In this document: piece after piece, positions 1-12,894 of the stretch
Numbering within the stretch: the first letter of the stretch is position 1
How the letters are laid out: each line of letters begins with the position of its first letter
NCBI GenBank assembly: GCA_965649825.1
Contig: OZ287694.1
Coordinates: 805,197 to 869,196 of the forward strand
Length of the DNA: 64,000 nt
Source of the DNA: Penicillus capitatus
Lineage: Eukaryota > Plantae > Chlorophyta
Reading direction: 5' to 3'
The notes under the pieces: model-generated
Told to the model about the DNA's origin: nothing
The model's input: the letters and a program-made list of their open reading frames with translations, nothing else
Databases searched by the model: none
Made by a program: the position numbers and the translations under genes

Positions 1-3000
1 GGCATTGTCTTCTTCTATGCCGGTGCCTCGGCCACCAACTTCTTCTACAGATGTGAAGAAGATCTGTTCAATGGAGATGATAGTGATGCATGGACCTCTA
101 TTCTGGCATGGCTCCCTGGTGTCTACGTTGGCATCTTCGTGCTGCGTTTCCTGGAGATTGCCATCGTGGCGCCGATCGTGGGATACTTTGGTTACAAACT
201 GAGGCTCAATGAAATTGTCTTCATCGCCTTGGCGGGTCTCAGGGGAGCTCTGGCTTTGATTTTGGCACAGGAGCTGTTACAGTACGAATTCCCGGAGGAA
301 GAGGGCAAAGATTTCGAGCAGGAGAAGAAGGTCCGAGCACAGAGCGCCCTGTGGGTTTGCGGTTTCGTCCTGCTGACGCTTCTGATCAACGCTCCCGGAA
401 TTCCCTTCCTCTTAAAGTTCTGCGGCCTTCAGAGTCTCTCGCCCCTTCAGTTGAAGTACAGAAAGAAGAGTGAAGATGCCCTTCTTGAATACACACGTGC
501 GACCATTGACGATATGAAAGTCGATTCCGCCGCCGTCATGCGTGGCATCAACTGGAAGCTGGTCGAAGACTTCATCTACAACCATCCAGATGAGCCCCGT
601 GGCGACGAGGTCACTCCTAGCAGGACTGGAAATACCGCGAATGGGGCGAGACAAGGTCGAGTGGACGATCGCTGGTTGCTGGTCGAATCCCTCAGTCAAC
701 CGCCTTCGATTCCGACCTCGAGTGCAATCCAAACGCGACGCAAGTCGTTGGATGACCAGTACAAAGCGACGCCGACAGACGAGGCGCCGTTCGGTGGAAG
801 CTACCGCGAACAGGCTTCGCTTCTGGGACAACAGGAAGAGGGACGCAAGACAGAACCGATGATCTCGACAGGAACGGGCCATGAGACAGGCAGCTCTGCC
901 ATGTCGGGACAGAAGAAGACAAACTGTGTGATTGTGGTCTACCACAACGGCAATGACTTCAACATGTTGCAGCAGGCACTTGAGCTGCCATCGAATATCA
1001 AGGTTTTCATGGAGAGAGCCGAATTCCCTGCCAAGGAGTCAACGCAGAAATTCTTTGCCTCGACGGGATCATACTTCAATCTCCATCGCAGAAACGTGGA
1101 TCTCACAACCTTGTGGCCGGAACCGGCATCAGCCGGGCAGCCATCGAGTCGAGAATCTAGAATCGTTGTCCGTCCGACGGCTCAGAAAAAAGACGCACTC
1201 ACGGGCTCGAGTCTGAGCAGAGGACTGCTGGAGGCAGATATGTCGGGACACGATGATGATCAAGACTCAGCGAGAAACCTCGTTCTGACCGAAGCGCGTT
1301 TCCGTATGTTGATGGGACTGAAGAAATACTTCCAGCAACGCCGCACCAATGGTTATCTCTCTGCACAGGTAAATTCTTGTCACGAGGTGAAAATGTGTGA
1401 GATGGCGGCGCATAGGCTTTGCGATTGCTGGAATGGGCGTGCGATTACAACATGGAAGAGCCGGAGATTCCGTTACACGTCTGGGATCTGATCGCCAAAG
1501 ATATCAAGAATCGTTTCCTGATCAAACTCGCTTTCAAAGTGCGTTACTTCTTGAGAAAGGCAGATGTTGCGATGAAAGGATGGCCGGACTTCCTCGAAAG
1601 AATTGCCACTCCAATTCTGAAATACACTGCCAGGGGACTCACTGTCCTGCTTGCTGGTGATCTGCATCTGGCTGTCGAATCGGCCATTGAGTACTGGATT
1701 GCACTGAATGCCTATCGGACGCACTCGTCTTGGCTGGTCAACGCAGAGACGTCACAGGATCTGGCAGCCGAGATCCGTGATCAGGCCCAGATGGTCTGGT
1801 CTTTCATCGTGGATCGCGAAATCGAGTCGCCCGATCGATTCGAGGCCATTCAGACCTTCCGTGCAAAACGCGCCATTCTCTACTCTCAAATCGGATTTGT
1901 GGACGAGCTCTTCGAATGCGGTCTGCTGGAAGAAGTGGAACACGAGCACCTGAAGCACGCGCTGGAATTGAAGAGAGCCCATCTGAGCAAAACCGGCGCC
2001 GTCTTACAGAACTTCGATCTCACCGAATTCCTCAGCAATGTCCCGTGCTTTGCCAATATCTCATCGGAGCTCTTCAGAAGTTTGGTCTCGACCTGTCAGC
2101 TGCGTCTCTTCAAGGGCGGGGATTTTATCTCGAGTGATCCGTCCGAGCAGATGGAATCGTTCAGTATTCACATCATCATTACCGGCATCCTGCGTTCCAG
2201 CTACACAAACACGTAAGACGTCCCATCACCTCAAGGGAATGCGCCGAATCGAGTTGTCTTCGTTGTTGCTTAGTCTGGGCAAGACACACGAGTATCATTT
2301 GGGACGAGGCGGGATTTTTGGATTACTGTCCGCGTTGTCTGGTGAACACCATCCTTGGATGGGCAAGGGATATGCCGAATTGAATTCTGTGGGTGCGTGA
2401 CTTCCCTCTATGTTTGGACGGGGTCGTCTCATGCCTGTGGCTGTAGGACATGGACCTAGTGTGCTGACAATACCGCGAAGCACTTTGATGAATATCCACA
2501 GCAATGCCACGAAAGGCTTGTTACAGTATCAACAGTTGGAATTGGACCTCTTCCGAATGGCAGCTCTTTATATTCTGGAGTACATGAAAGAAGAATTCCT
2601 CAGCGTCGTCACCTCTCTCTTTTTGGAAAAGGTGTGAGATCTGGTGGTCACACTTTTCGTGTCGATGATGGCGGCCTGTTGTAGGATGATCAGGAAAATG
2701 ATTTGGTGGCAGGCGGAAAGAAGAAAGGAAGCAAGTCGTCCCTTTCCGAGACAAAGAAATCTTTCCTGCAACACTGTGATGGCAGCTCCTTCGCAACGGG
2801 GCCTGGAAAACACGCCAGTGAAACTGAGAATGCACCACAGTTGGTGAAAACGAGTTACGAGAAAGCGATGGAGATGTTGAAGAACACCAAAGAAGGCATT
2901 TTGCAAGGAGAGCTCGTTCTATTGCCTCCAAATGCTAAATTCGTACAGTGCTCCTCTTCTGTCCTTGTCATCGGAAGCATAAGTGCCGGAAAGAAAGGAC

Positions 3001-3248
3001 CCGTAAATTTTGCAGCGCCTATGGTGTTGCCGATGTTCGCTGCAAAGGGCACCTTCCCGGTAGAATACAGAACCGGCCCGCACGGTGCCATTGTGCTGAG
3101 CTGTGTTGACAAAGATGCCGCTAAAGGCGGCGCCTCTGGCCCGGCGACATCGAGTCAGGGAGGAATCGACGATGGAATGCGTATTGGAGCCGATATGGCA
3201 TCTCTTCCATCTGCTGCTGCGCAGATGCATAAAGAACTTTTTGATTAG
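1..3248 (+). CDS. SOS1: SOS1/NHX7-like CPA1 Na+/H+ antiporter with C-terminal cyclic-nucleotide-binding-like domain (5' partial, spliced)
   Basis: Frame open from base 1 with TM segments and the CPA1 motif AGLRGALALILA. Long cytosolic tail with a cNMP-like segment (FLSNVPCFANIS...GILRSSY). GT-AG introns near 1370, 2214, 2633. Stop TAG at 3246-3248. Confidence 0.8.
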
Positions 3249-3489
3249 CTTTATTCTTTCCTGTGTGGGTATCATCGACGTTATTGTTGTTTTTGGCAGA
3301 CAATAAGTGAGAAGTTCGCTTTGTTAAGAGATACCTTAATTCAGAATGTCTCCTCGACGCGAACAGATCGCTATCGATGCTTTTGGCTGCTGTGATGTGA
3401 CCCATCCCCTCGCACGTCGTGATGTGACACGCTGAAGGTTGCTGCGCAAAACTGCTGTTGTGCTGTTGCGCACCGACGACGTCTACGCC

Positions 3490-4236
3490 ATGGGTTTTCT
3501 CGCATTCATCGGGCCCTTCCTGCTTGGGACTGGACCCATGCTGGCACTATTCACCCTGTTTATTGCCCGAAAGTCCTTTGTTGTCCTATTGGCCTTAGGC
3601 AGTGCCTTTTACTGGCTCATTGTCTTGCTTCTTCTGGGAGCCGTGTTTCGAGCCTGGACACCGTTTGACGACAGCGCCGGCGTTCATGCCGTCGCCGTGC
3701 TCGTGAGCGTTGCCGTGGAACAGTGTGCGAACTATGGGCTGCATCGGCTGAATGGACAACTGATCGAAATACTGCAGGAAGTTGGGAGGAAGCTGGGACA
3801 CGGCTTTACTTCCCTCGATGCACTGTGGCTTTCATTTGGCTTGGGATTTGGACACGGAGCCACACATCTCACTTTTTTCTTCGTCAGTCTACTGGAGGCG
3901 ACAAGCACAGATGGAACCCTCTACGATTTCGAGACCTGTCCACAGCTCTCGTTCAATGCCTCCTCTGCTCTACTGGCTCTCGGCTTTGCCCTGTTTCACA
4001 CTTTCTCGACCATCGTCTTCTTCGAAGGCCTGACGCACAAGGATCGAATACAGAGTGTCACACCCCCTCTTACACATCTGACGGCTTCGATGCTGACGCT
4101 GATCAACTTTGGCAAAAAGGGCTGCCTTGCGACGATTCCTTTGATCCTGGCCATCGGCGTCGGAAGCACTCTGTGGGCGATGCATCTCGTCTGGAGCGCG
4201 ATCAAAAGACAATTTCCTACCGAAAGAGTGACATAG
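3490..4236 (+). CDS. APH1: Gamma-secretase subunit APH-1
   Basis: Intronless ~248 aa polytopic protein with GLGFGHG (GxxxG) motif, two conserved TM histidines (FHTFST, THLTAS) and an N-terminal LGTGP resembling APH-1 TM1. Confidence 0.85.
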   Translation: MGFLAFIGPFLLGTGPMLALFTLFIARKSFVVLLALGSAFYWLIVLLLLGAVFRAWTPFDDSAGVHAVAVLVSVAVEQCANYGLHRLNGQLIEILQEVGRKLGHGFTSLDALWLSFGLGFGHGATHLTFFFVSLLEATSTDGTLYDFETCPQLSFNASSALLALGFALFHTFSTIVFFEGLTHKDRIQSVTPPLTHLTASMLTLINFGKKGCLATIPLILAIGVGSTLWAMHLVWSAIKRQFPTERVT

Positions 4237-4314
4237 AGCGTCTCCAAATACAGGACTGCTGCTGGCCTTGATGTAAAACCATCAACACAGTGTCATACTG
4301 TTTGTGTTTATCAT

Positions 4315-5663
4315 TTACGTGGCGACATAATCTTCCAAGTACCTCGCTTGCATACGATAGCTCCCAATGACGCGAAAGAAAAGACAGATCTCTTCGAGCT
4401 CGGCCAAGGCCGCTTTGACATCGGGCTGCGTCACCGAGCCTTCCAGATTGATATAAAAGAGGTAGTTCCATGAGGGGTGTTTCTCTTCCATAGCTGGGGA
4501 ATGCATGTCTCTCGAATCCAGCCACAGCAGATTGATCCCGTGCGCTCCAAAGATCTCCAGCGCCTTGCCCAGCGTGCCCGATCCTTTGTCGTTAGGCAGA
4601 GCGAAGAGAATGGAGGTCTTGGCTTTCTCGGAGGGCGCAGGGGGATTGGATTGTCGTCCCAGCACGGCGAAACGCGTAACATTGTCAGGTCTGTCTTGGA
4701 TACTGTCTTGCAGCACGGTCAGGCCATACGTATCGGCACAACCACGACTGCCAATGGCAGCCAGTCGGTTCGTGGGGTACTCTGCGACCATCCTGGCGGC
4801 GACAGCCGTATCGTTCAGACGTTCCAGACGTGCCTCAGGAAAATGCTCCGTCACAAATCGCTCGCACTGAAACAGAGCCTGAACGGAAGGTCGCTCGATC
4901 AGCGATGGGAGTGAATGTGTGAGACCTGGATGTGACTGGCGATGACTTTGATGTCTTCTTTTCGAGCAGATGGTTTGGCCAACAGTGCGTGCTCGATGTT
5001 CAGAAAGACCTCGTCGACGATATGCAGATCATACCTGCAGATAAGGTCGTACAGAATCCTCGTGCGTTTGGTAATGTAGTTCTCGATAGGAACCAGCGCT
5101 CGATCGGCGTCTCCTCGTAACAAATCCTGTAGATCTCACACAAATGCGATCGTTCGTCTCGATGATGCGTGATGAAGACGGACATCGATCGTGCCTCCCC
5201 ATGAGGTGACGGGTCGGAGATGCGCTGTTGGATAGAGCTTCCGCGCCGCTTCTTCGCAGAATGCCCCGGGCGATCCAAAGTATGCCACCTAGAATGCCCG
5301 GTATGATGTGACGTCTCGGTCAGCCATGGCATCACTCACAGTTTCGACACGTGAAGCATCGGTCGGCATCTCGCTTTTCTCTGCCGGTTCGATCGTCACT
5401 TCCGAAAGCTCCTCGATCAAATCGAAACCATTCACCATCAAATCCCTCGCCCGCGCGTAGAAATCGCGTGGTCTCTCGAACGGCGAACCGTTCAGCATCG
5501 CACGGTCGTCGATTGTCGCCCTTAGCTTCAACGCTCTGCGTCTTCGTACTTTACAAGCACAGCTTTTTATCGCTGCACGTCTCTTGGCTGATGCGCACAG
5601 AAACCGCGTCCGATAGGCGACGCGTGCGTTGAGTTGCATAATGCCGACACGGATACGTTCCAC
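4315..5663 (-). CDS. ADT: Arogenate/prephenate dehydratase (PDT + ACT), divergent copy
   Basis: Spliced exons give VAYFGSPGAFCEEAA, ALVPIEN, EHALLA, DTAVAA, DNVTRF, KTSILF, WNYLFYINLEG and RVIGSY. The N-terminus is transit-peptide-like; the start codon is uncertain (5663 or 5639). Confidence 0.85.
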
Positions 5664-6827
5664 GTTTCATTTTTTAGATTGCGTGGCAATGGACCTGTGG
5701 TGCTCGGGGTTGAGACGTAGCGTCCCCGTTTGGAGTAGCGGACAACGGTTGACCCGACTTCGCCGACGCACCTCAACATCCGAGCGTCGCAGAAGACATC
5801 AGCTACGAATTAAAGCCATGGACAGAGGAGCAACGGCGGCGGCGTCAGTAAAGAAAGTGGCGTTTCAAGGAAAACCGGGAGCCTATAGCGAACTCGCCTG
5901 CATCGAGGTCTTTCCTCATCTCCAGCGCAACCCGTGCGAGTTATTCGACGATACATTTCAGGCAAGCAATACCGAATCCGAATTCTCACTCCAATGATGT
6001 GATGTGACGTAGGCACTCGTGCAAAACGATGCTGTCGATATGGCATTGCTGCCAGTCGAGAATTCGTGTGGAGGGACGATTCACGACGTCTACCTCCTGC
6101 TACCCAAGTATGGTTTGCATATCGTCGGCGAGTACTCGCTCAAGGTAAATCACTGTCTCTTGGCGCCACGTGGAACGCAGTTGACCGATATTAAATACGC
6201 CCTTAGTCACAAACAGGTCCGGTCTCTCACACTTTTCCGAAGGTCACACATGAGACAGGCATGTGGCATTAGGCACTCGCTCAATGTAAGAAATACTTGA
6301 AATCGAAAGGCATCACGCCCAAAGAGTACTCAGACACCGCCGGAGCGGCAGAGCTGCTCTCAAAGGAGCCACAGGCCGAGACAGCTGCCATCGCCAGTTC
6401 TAAAGCGGCAGAGATCTACGGTCTGGAGATACTGGACTGCAATATACAGGACATCAAGGATAACTATACGCGTTTTGTGGCATTGTCCCAGACGCCGTTG
6501 CCGCCGCCAATGCACGCGGACTCATCCAACGCCAAAACAACCATTCTCTTTGCGTGCAAAGACGGACCGAGCGGGCTGCTCGAGCTGCTGTCTGTGTTTC
6601 ATGCCCAGGGGATTGTGATGGAGAAGATCGAGCCTCAGCCCAATCCAGATATCCCACTCGTCGATTCGGCCAATGGCAAAGTCTACGGGCGGAGCTTCAA
6701 TTATCTCTTTGTCGTGGACTTCGTTGGCAGCGTGTCAGATCCACGCTACGCTCTGGCTCTGACGCATTTGGAAGAGCATTCTGAATTCTATCGAGTATTG
6801 GGGAGTTATCTGAAGCACAGGTTCTGA
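5629..6827 (+). CDS. ADT: Arogenate/prephenate dehydratase (PDT + ACT), plastid-targeted
   Basis: VAFQGKPGAYSE, LPVENSCGG, VNHCLL, DTAGAA, NYTRF, FNYLFVVDF, RVLGSY. Two short introns (~5962-6012, ~6217-6260). Arg/Ser-rich N-terminus; start uncertain. Confidence 0.9.
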
Positions 6828-6897
6828 AACTGCGGTACGTATGACTTGACACGTAAGCAGAGTTACACGCAGTTCGCAAAGAAAAATCTAAAAGACT

Positions 6898-7766
6898 TCA
6901 TCTTTTCTCGAATAAAAGAGTGAAGTTGTTGGCTGGCATTGGAATACGTTCGAGGAATGTCAAGTCCTGTGACGCGGCAAGCTCGATCAATGTGTCCAGA
7001 TTCCGAACGCCGTAATCAGGATGCATCGATTTCAGCATCTGATCAAAACGAACATTGCTCTCTGACGTATGTTGACCACCTGACGGACAGTCTCGCCGAT
7101 TTGGGCCTTATCGCGTGTAAGGCCTTACCGATTTTGAAGGGTCCATAGAGGATCAGCCGGCCACCCGTGCACAGAACACTGCTTGCACCGCGCAAGAGCC
7201 CAGTCGTACACGCAAACGGCGAGATATGGATCATATTCACGCTCAGAACCATATCAAACGTCCTCTCTTTGTTCGCCTCGAAGGCCTGGGAGGGAGAAAT
7301 GAGAGCAGAACAGTGACTGAGAGCGCATTGCCTGACCCGTTATCTTTTCGTCCACGAAGAGCGGCCGCAGCTGTGTCCAGTATGGATCGTGTGTTGCGTG
7401 CGTGGACCACAGTTCATCGCGCACATCCAGTAATACAGGCTGCAGGACAATGTCTGGTACCCGCCTTTCGCTTGTCTGTGCCAGTTTTGCATGGGCAGCG
7501 ATGCTGGTGAAGTGAGGGGAAACGTAGTCGGACGGCTGCCAGATGATGGGCTCTTTGCCCAGGCCTTGAGCTGCGAAGTGTCCTATGTGTTCTCCATATC
7601 CACTCCCCACTTCAAGGAAGAAAAGATGCGACAGTCCAGGTCGACATCTCTGTGGAGCATAACGTCGCAGAACATCGAGCAGTGGCGTCTTGTTTCGACC
7701 GGGGGCTACAGCGAACACGGCGTTGGACGTATCAACGGCGTCGCCTCGAATAGAACGGCTTTCCAT
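6898..7766 (-). CDS. METTL26: DUF938 / METTL26-like SAM-dependent methyltransferase
   Basis: LEVGSGYGEH, WQPSD, VNMIHISP, LILYGPF and the C-terminus YGVRNL...MPANNFTLLFEKR* after splicing. Confidence 0.85.
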
Positions 7767-8068
7767 TCTTCTGCACGGCCGACCCGTGGTCAGAATTCGA
7801 TGAACGAACAGCTCCACGCGAAGCGACATGTCGCTCGAGACAGCGACAGACGTTGATTCTTTCTTCATCTTTCGCTGCCGTCTTCTTTCACGCAAAACGT
7901 GTTACGACTTCGCCGTCTTGTGCAGTAAGTGGACAAAAACGGACCCGCCGCCTCGGCGCTTGCAAAGAAGATGTCGGTGGAGAGTGCGTTCGCCGAAGTT
8001 TTCGCTGACGGGGTTGGAGGATGGGGTACATAGGTAGTAATGGATCCTCCTCTGGTGTCAACTACTGT

Positions 8069-9209
8069 ATGAAACTCGACAAGAAAGGGTGGTACGCAAC
8101 CCACGAAGTGAGCGTCCTCCGCTCGTCGACCGTTCGTCGGTTGATGGACGTTTTGTGACGTTTAGTGGAGAATTCACCGTGTCTTTCTCGACACGAAAAA
8201 CCAACGACTGACGACGCCCATCTTCGACTTCGCCGAAAGCCGCTGGTAAGCTCGACAAGACGGCAGCTCAGAGAGGACGCACGCTGAAGCGTCGCTGCCG
8301 CCTTGTAGGCAGCTGAGCATCGAACACACATCTTCGGGGGCGTTGAGCGTCTATCTGCATACCAAAGACCGAAGACGAGCGACGGTGCATTTTGGTTTCG
8401 CCCTTGTCAATTTTTCCGACGAGAAACTTACCAAGAGGCTTGGTAAGCAGTTGAAGATGATGCGGCCGATATGACCGGATGCATATGGACAGAGAAAAGG
8501 ACCGTCTATCAGCCTTCTCACAGCAATTGGGGTACCAAAAACCTGGCATCTGTCTTCGAGGTGAAAGATCCAGCCTCCGGTTTTTGGTTGGGCGATTCGC
8601 TCGTGCTCCAAACGAGCATCCGAATCGTCCAGCCCGAAAACGAACTGGGATCCGTTTCTGCATCTGGCAATAGTGTGACCTACAAAGTACCCCCGCTCTT
8701 CACGCGTCGCTGTCTTTATCGTGTCTGAACAGTGGAGTCTAAAGAAGATCAAAGAAAAGAGTCCTTTCAAACTGGACTCCGAAGAGATTCCGCTCGGCAG
8801 AATGAAATGGTATTGCCAATGCACACGCGTACATATCTCTAGCAGCCGTCGATGTTTCTAGGAAGCTGTTTGCGCATCCACATGGTTGGAAAGGATCTGA
8901 CGATCTGTCGTTCTATGTGTTTAACTGTTCAGAACAGGGAGCCAGAATTAACCTAGAAGTGCGTGTCGTCAATCATGCCTATCCAGCAAAGACTTGTGTA
9001 AAAAGTGCCAGCCGACTCGCTATGGCTCCGTTTTATGTGCTGCTGTGTTTCTAGGCTTCTCCCAGACCATCGGCGCAAAGCAGAGTTTGGGATGGGAACA
9101 TCTCTTGCCAGCCAGAGCGCTGGAGGACGAATCGATGGGATTTCTTCAGGGAAGCTGGATTACTTTCATTGTTCTTATTAGTTTGGACGGTCGTCCTGCA
9201 CTGGCATAA
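8069..9209 (+). CDS. Tandem MATH/TRAF-domain protein (spliced; 5' end uncertain)
   Basis: Spliced translation gives two MATH-like units: WRIH...RWQLSIE...LSVYL...NWG and WSLKK...WKLFAHPHG...LSFYV...LGWE. Stop TAA at 9207-9209. Confidence 0.7.
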
Positions 9210-9811
9210 GGAAACAGACGTTTACCTTGGATGCCCGATCAACACATCTGTCGTTCGCCAGCATTATCACATATTCTTATTGTTCGGGAACGCATTCTTC
9301 CCGTTACTATTTGTGTTTAATGATCGCTGTCTTTTTGAATGCAACTAAATTCTGTTCCTGATGGGCAGATGCGCGCCTGCGAGCGCCGTTCTGAACAGAG
9401 AGATGTACTGAGATACACAGAAAGAAAGATGTTTGAATCAGCTCTTGTCTGCACTGCAGGCAATCCATCTGTGCCTTTACATGCGGAAGGGATCGCGTTC
9501 GGACAGAATAGATATGACCGAAAGGGACGGAATTGAGGAGGATGTGCTATACGCCAAAGCAAATGCCTTACGACCGTGTGCTTCGGACGGCCAGGTGGCA
9601 TGCGTCTATACCCACTCTGTAACACGCGATGATCCTTCTCACACTTTTGATAGAGCCCCTCTAACTGTCATTCAATAAAGTCCTTCAGACGTACACGAGA
9701 CTCGGTATAAAACGTCACCTCGAAGGCCGAAGTCGTGTTTCGTTCCGTCGACATTCGTCTAGATGACGGCAGAATCTGTTTCAAACGCTTAGCTCTTGTT
9801 GGGGGCAGTCC

Positions 9812-11768
9812 ATGTCAACATATCATCATCCAGTGGATTATCATCATCCATTCTCTCGCGCACAGAAGATGCCTGCCATTGTCACAACCGCAACCGACTG
9901 GCGTAGAGTTGAATCGTGGTCGCCTCGACGGGAGAGCGGCGACAAAAAGAAGATCCGTTCATTTCGACTTTTGTCTACAAAGCGACTACAACCATCTACC
10001 AAACGTGGCCGCCCGAGTCTTCGAGGAACGAAGTTGTCCGCAGCGTCTTCTGCTGAAAGTATTGGCGAACCGTTTGACGACGCTTTGATCTCAGCTGCGT
10101 TGAGTGAACGTCGTCCCTGGTGGTCTTCGCCCTACGATGGCCAAATTCTGCAGTTTGCTCTTCCCATTCTCCTGGCTAACCTCGTCATACCGATAACGGC
10201 CTTTGTCGACACAGGTATCCCTCCCTCGCCCTACGGCGGCTCACAGCTGCGCTCATTTCTCACTCTTTTTTCGCTGTCAGCCGTCGTGGGGCGATTAGGG
10301 ACGGCACAATTGAGTGGAATCGCACTCGGCACCATCACCTTCTCTCTGATCAGCAGCTGCCTTGCTTTCCTTCCAGTTCTCATTGCTCCTTACGTCGCCC
10401 GAAATCATGCAGCCAAGAAATACGATAAGGTCTCAGACTCTCTGTCGTAAAACGGTTCCCTTGCTCACACAGCAGCAGGTCTCCTCATATGTGGCCCAAG
10501 TCTTGTGGCTGTCTCTTGGATTGGGTATCATTGTGGGCACCTTTATGTTCACTCAGGCAGATTTCGTCATTAATCGTAAGTCATCCATCCTCTGGCAACG
10601 AGATGCCCATGACAACTGCACACAGTGCTCAAGCCCGCCAGCGAAATTCGGCCGTTTGCAAGGACCTACCTCAGAATGGCGGCGACATATTTACCTGGTT
10701 ATATCTGCTTTGTCTGCTGTGGCGGCGCACTCAGAGGCCTAAAGAACACGGCATCGATCCTCAGGGCTTCAATTGCCTCCTGCATCATCAACTCCGTTCT
10801 TGATGTCGTCTTCGTCTTTGGTCTGTTCCTTTATGCTCCTCTGCATCGAGATCAATTGTGTGGCGGCTGAAGGGTTTAAATGGTCGATTGCTGGAGCTGC
10901 TCTTGCAACGGTCCTGTCCGTGTACACCAGTGTCGGAATGCTGCTGCACAAACTCTTGCATTCCGGTGTCCTGCGTGCAAAAGATTTTTTACAGTGGCCG
11001 GATATCGGGACGATTGTTCCCCTTGTCAAAGAAGGTCTTCGATACAGTCTGCGATCGGTTCTCTTAATTGGAATGGTGGCCTTGGCCTCTGTCTCGATAT
11101 CGCAACACGGCTCAGTCGTGCACGCAACGTTCGAGCTCTTCAAGCAGTTCTCGATGTTCATGTTCACGATCACGATGTCACTCGAACAGACGGTCCAGAC
11201 AATGAGTGCCAGCGCTCTCGGCTCAGATAATCCTGAAAAAGCACGTGGAATCATTCGCAGAGCCATCCAAGTGCGTGCGCCCTTCTCCGATCGCCTAAGT
11301 GTGAGTGGAATGGTTGTCGATCAGATATCCTTTGTTTTCTCTTCGGTATCGGCAGCTATGTTGATGGCGTTTTCCACACAGATTGCCAGAATCTTCACGA
11401 GCGATCCTGCCGTCATTCTTATGTGCGCCAGCACTGGACCCCTCTTCCTGATACTTTTCGTAAGGCCTGCCCTCGCCGGACATTCGGCTGCCAACTGCTT
11501 TGTTTTTTTCTAGCCGATTGGTGCCGTGGTATCTATTGTGGATGGAGCGCTCATTGGTGCTTCTAAGGTACCGTTGGTCTCACTCTCACAAGGCCTCGGT
11601 TATTCTTTGGGCATTCTCGCCATATTAGGATTCAATCACGCAGGATGGCTTAACGTTACCATTGCATGGTGCATCATTCGCACAGGAATGCTTCTCAGTG
11701 GTGTCATCACTGCCCCTTTCCTCTTTTCTTTCAAGTCAAGTCCGTATGGCTTTGCCCTTTTGCCTTAA
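9812..11768 (+). CDS. MATE (DinF-like) efflux transporter with N-terminal extension
   Basis: ILQFALPILLANLVIPITAFVDT, AVVGRLGTAQL, LEQTVQTM..ALG, DGALIGA. Multiple short introns and many TM segments. Confidence 0.85.
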
Positions 11769-11944
11769 CGCATGTGCCTGGCCTCATAAACAACGTACCA
11801 CACTCAGACAATTCCTTTTTCTTGAGATTCTTTACACGCCGCTCCGGAAGGCAGAACAACTGCCTTGTCGTGGATCGGCAGGTCCTTCGATACGTATCTT
11901 TTTGCTCAAAGAGCCTGAAAACAACTGAACACATATTGTGTTGT

Positions 11945-12894
11945 CATCGTGTTTCTGGAAGGATTCCCGAAACTAAATCGATTGAAATCGCTGTTGCTGA
12001 ACAACAATCGGATCTCACGGATAGGTCGCCATCTTCACGGTATCGACGTGACGTCTCACGCCTGCGGATCTGCGGACGAGCATTGTATGCTACGGTAGAT
12101 TCATTGCCGTCTCTGGAAATGCTGATTCTGACGAACAACAAGATCGAACAGTTACAGGTGAATGGCGTGATCATCATCCACAACCGTAGCTTCTCCCTGT
12201 GCTTGTCGTTCCAGGCACTGGATCCGTTGAGCATGTTGCCAAGCTTGAATCATCTGAGTCTTATTGGCAATCCGGTGACAAAGCTTCCCAACTACCGGTG
12301 CGTAAAACTGGGTTCAATGGCCGACAGCGATATCCGAGATCGGTTTGTGTGATGACCTTGTGCTCTGTTAGGCAGTATGTGGTGCAGTTGCTACCTCACC
12401 TGACGGTTCTCGATTTCACAAAGGTGAAAGCAAAGGTAACTGGTTAGGGGCGGTATCACCCTTGGGTGGAACCAACAATCCAACACGACACACACTTCTC
12501 ACTCTCTTTGTCGCTCTTTATCATGGCTGCCACTTTAGGAGCGACAACAAGTGGATGAGAGTCACCAGTTCGATCCCGACAAAGACATCGAGATGAAGGA
12601 AACGGAGGTCCAGTCGTCCAAAAAGAATGCTCCGACTGCTGAGCAACTCACCGCGATCAAAGCAGCTATACAGAATGCAGGCAACTGACGCACTCTTATG
12701 TTCTCACTCTATTTCTGTTTCATTCTTGCAGAGACACTAGAGGAGGTGCGTCAACTGGAAGCGGCACTCAAGAGCGGCGTCTTGCCATCAGAAATGCAGG
12801 AAGCTGAAGTTCCATCCACGGTTTCACCTGCGCACCATTACCCTAACCACACTTCCCGTTGCAGGACGTCGCCGAAGCTTCCAAAGATGCCGAC
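11945..12894 (+). pseudogene. SNRPA1: U2 snRNP A' 3' fragment (no start; native C-terminus replaced)
   Basis: Near-identical to 41949-41007(-). Begins mid-exon at IVFLEGFPKL and diverges after DVAEASKDAD. Confidence 0.9.

Noticed and set aside
9300-9700. Possible C/D snoRNA or small ORFs between the MATH and MATE genes
   Set aside because: The C box is imperfect, the spacing to CTGA is too short, there is no terminal stem, and the ORFs are uninformative.
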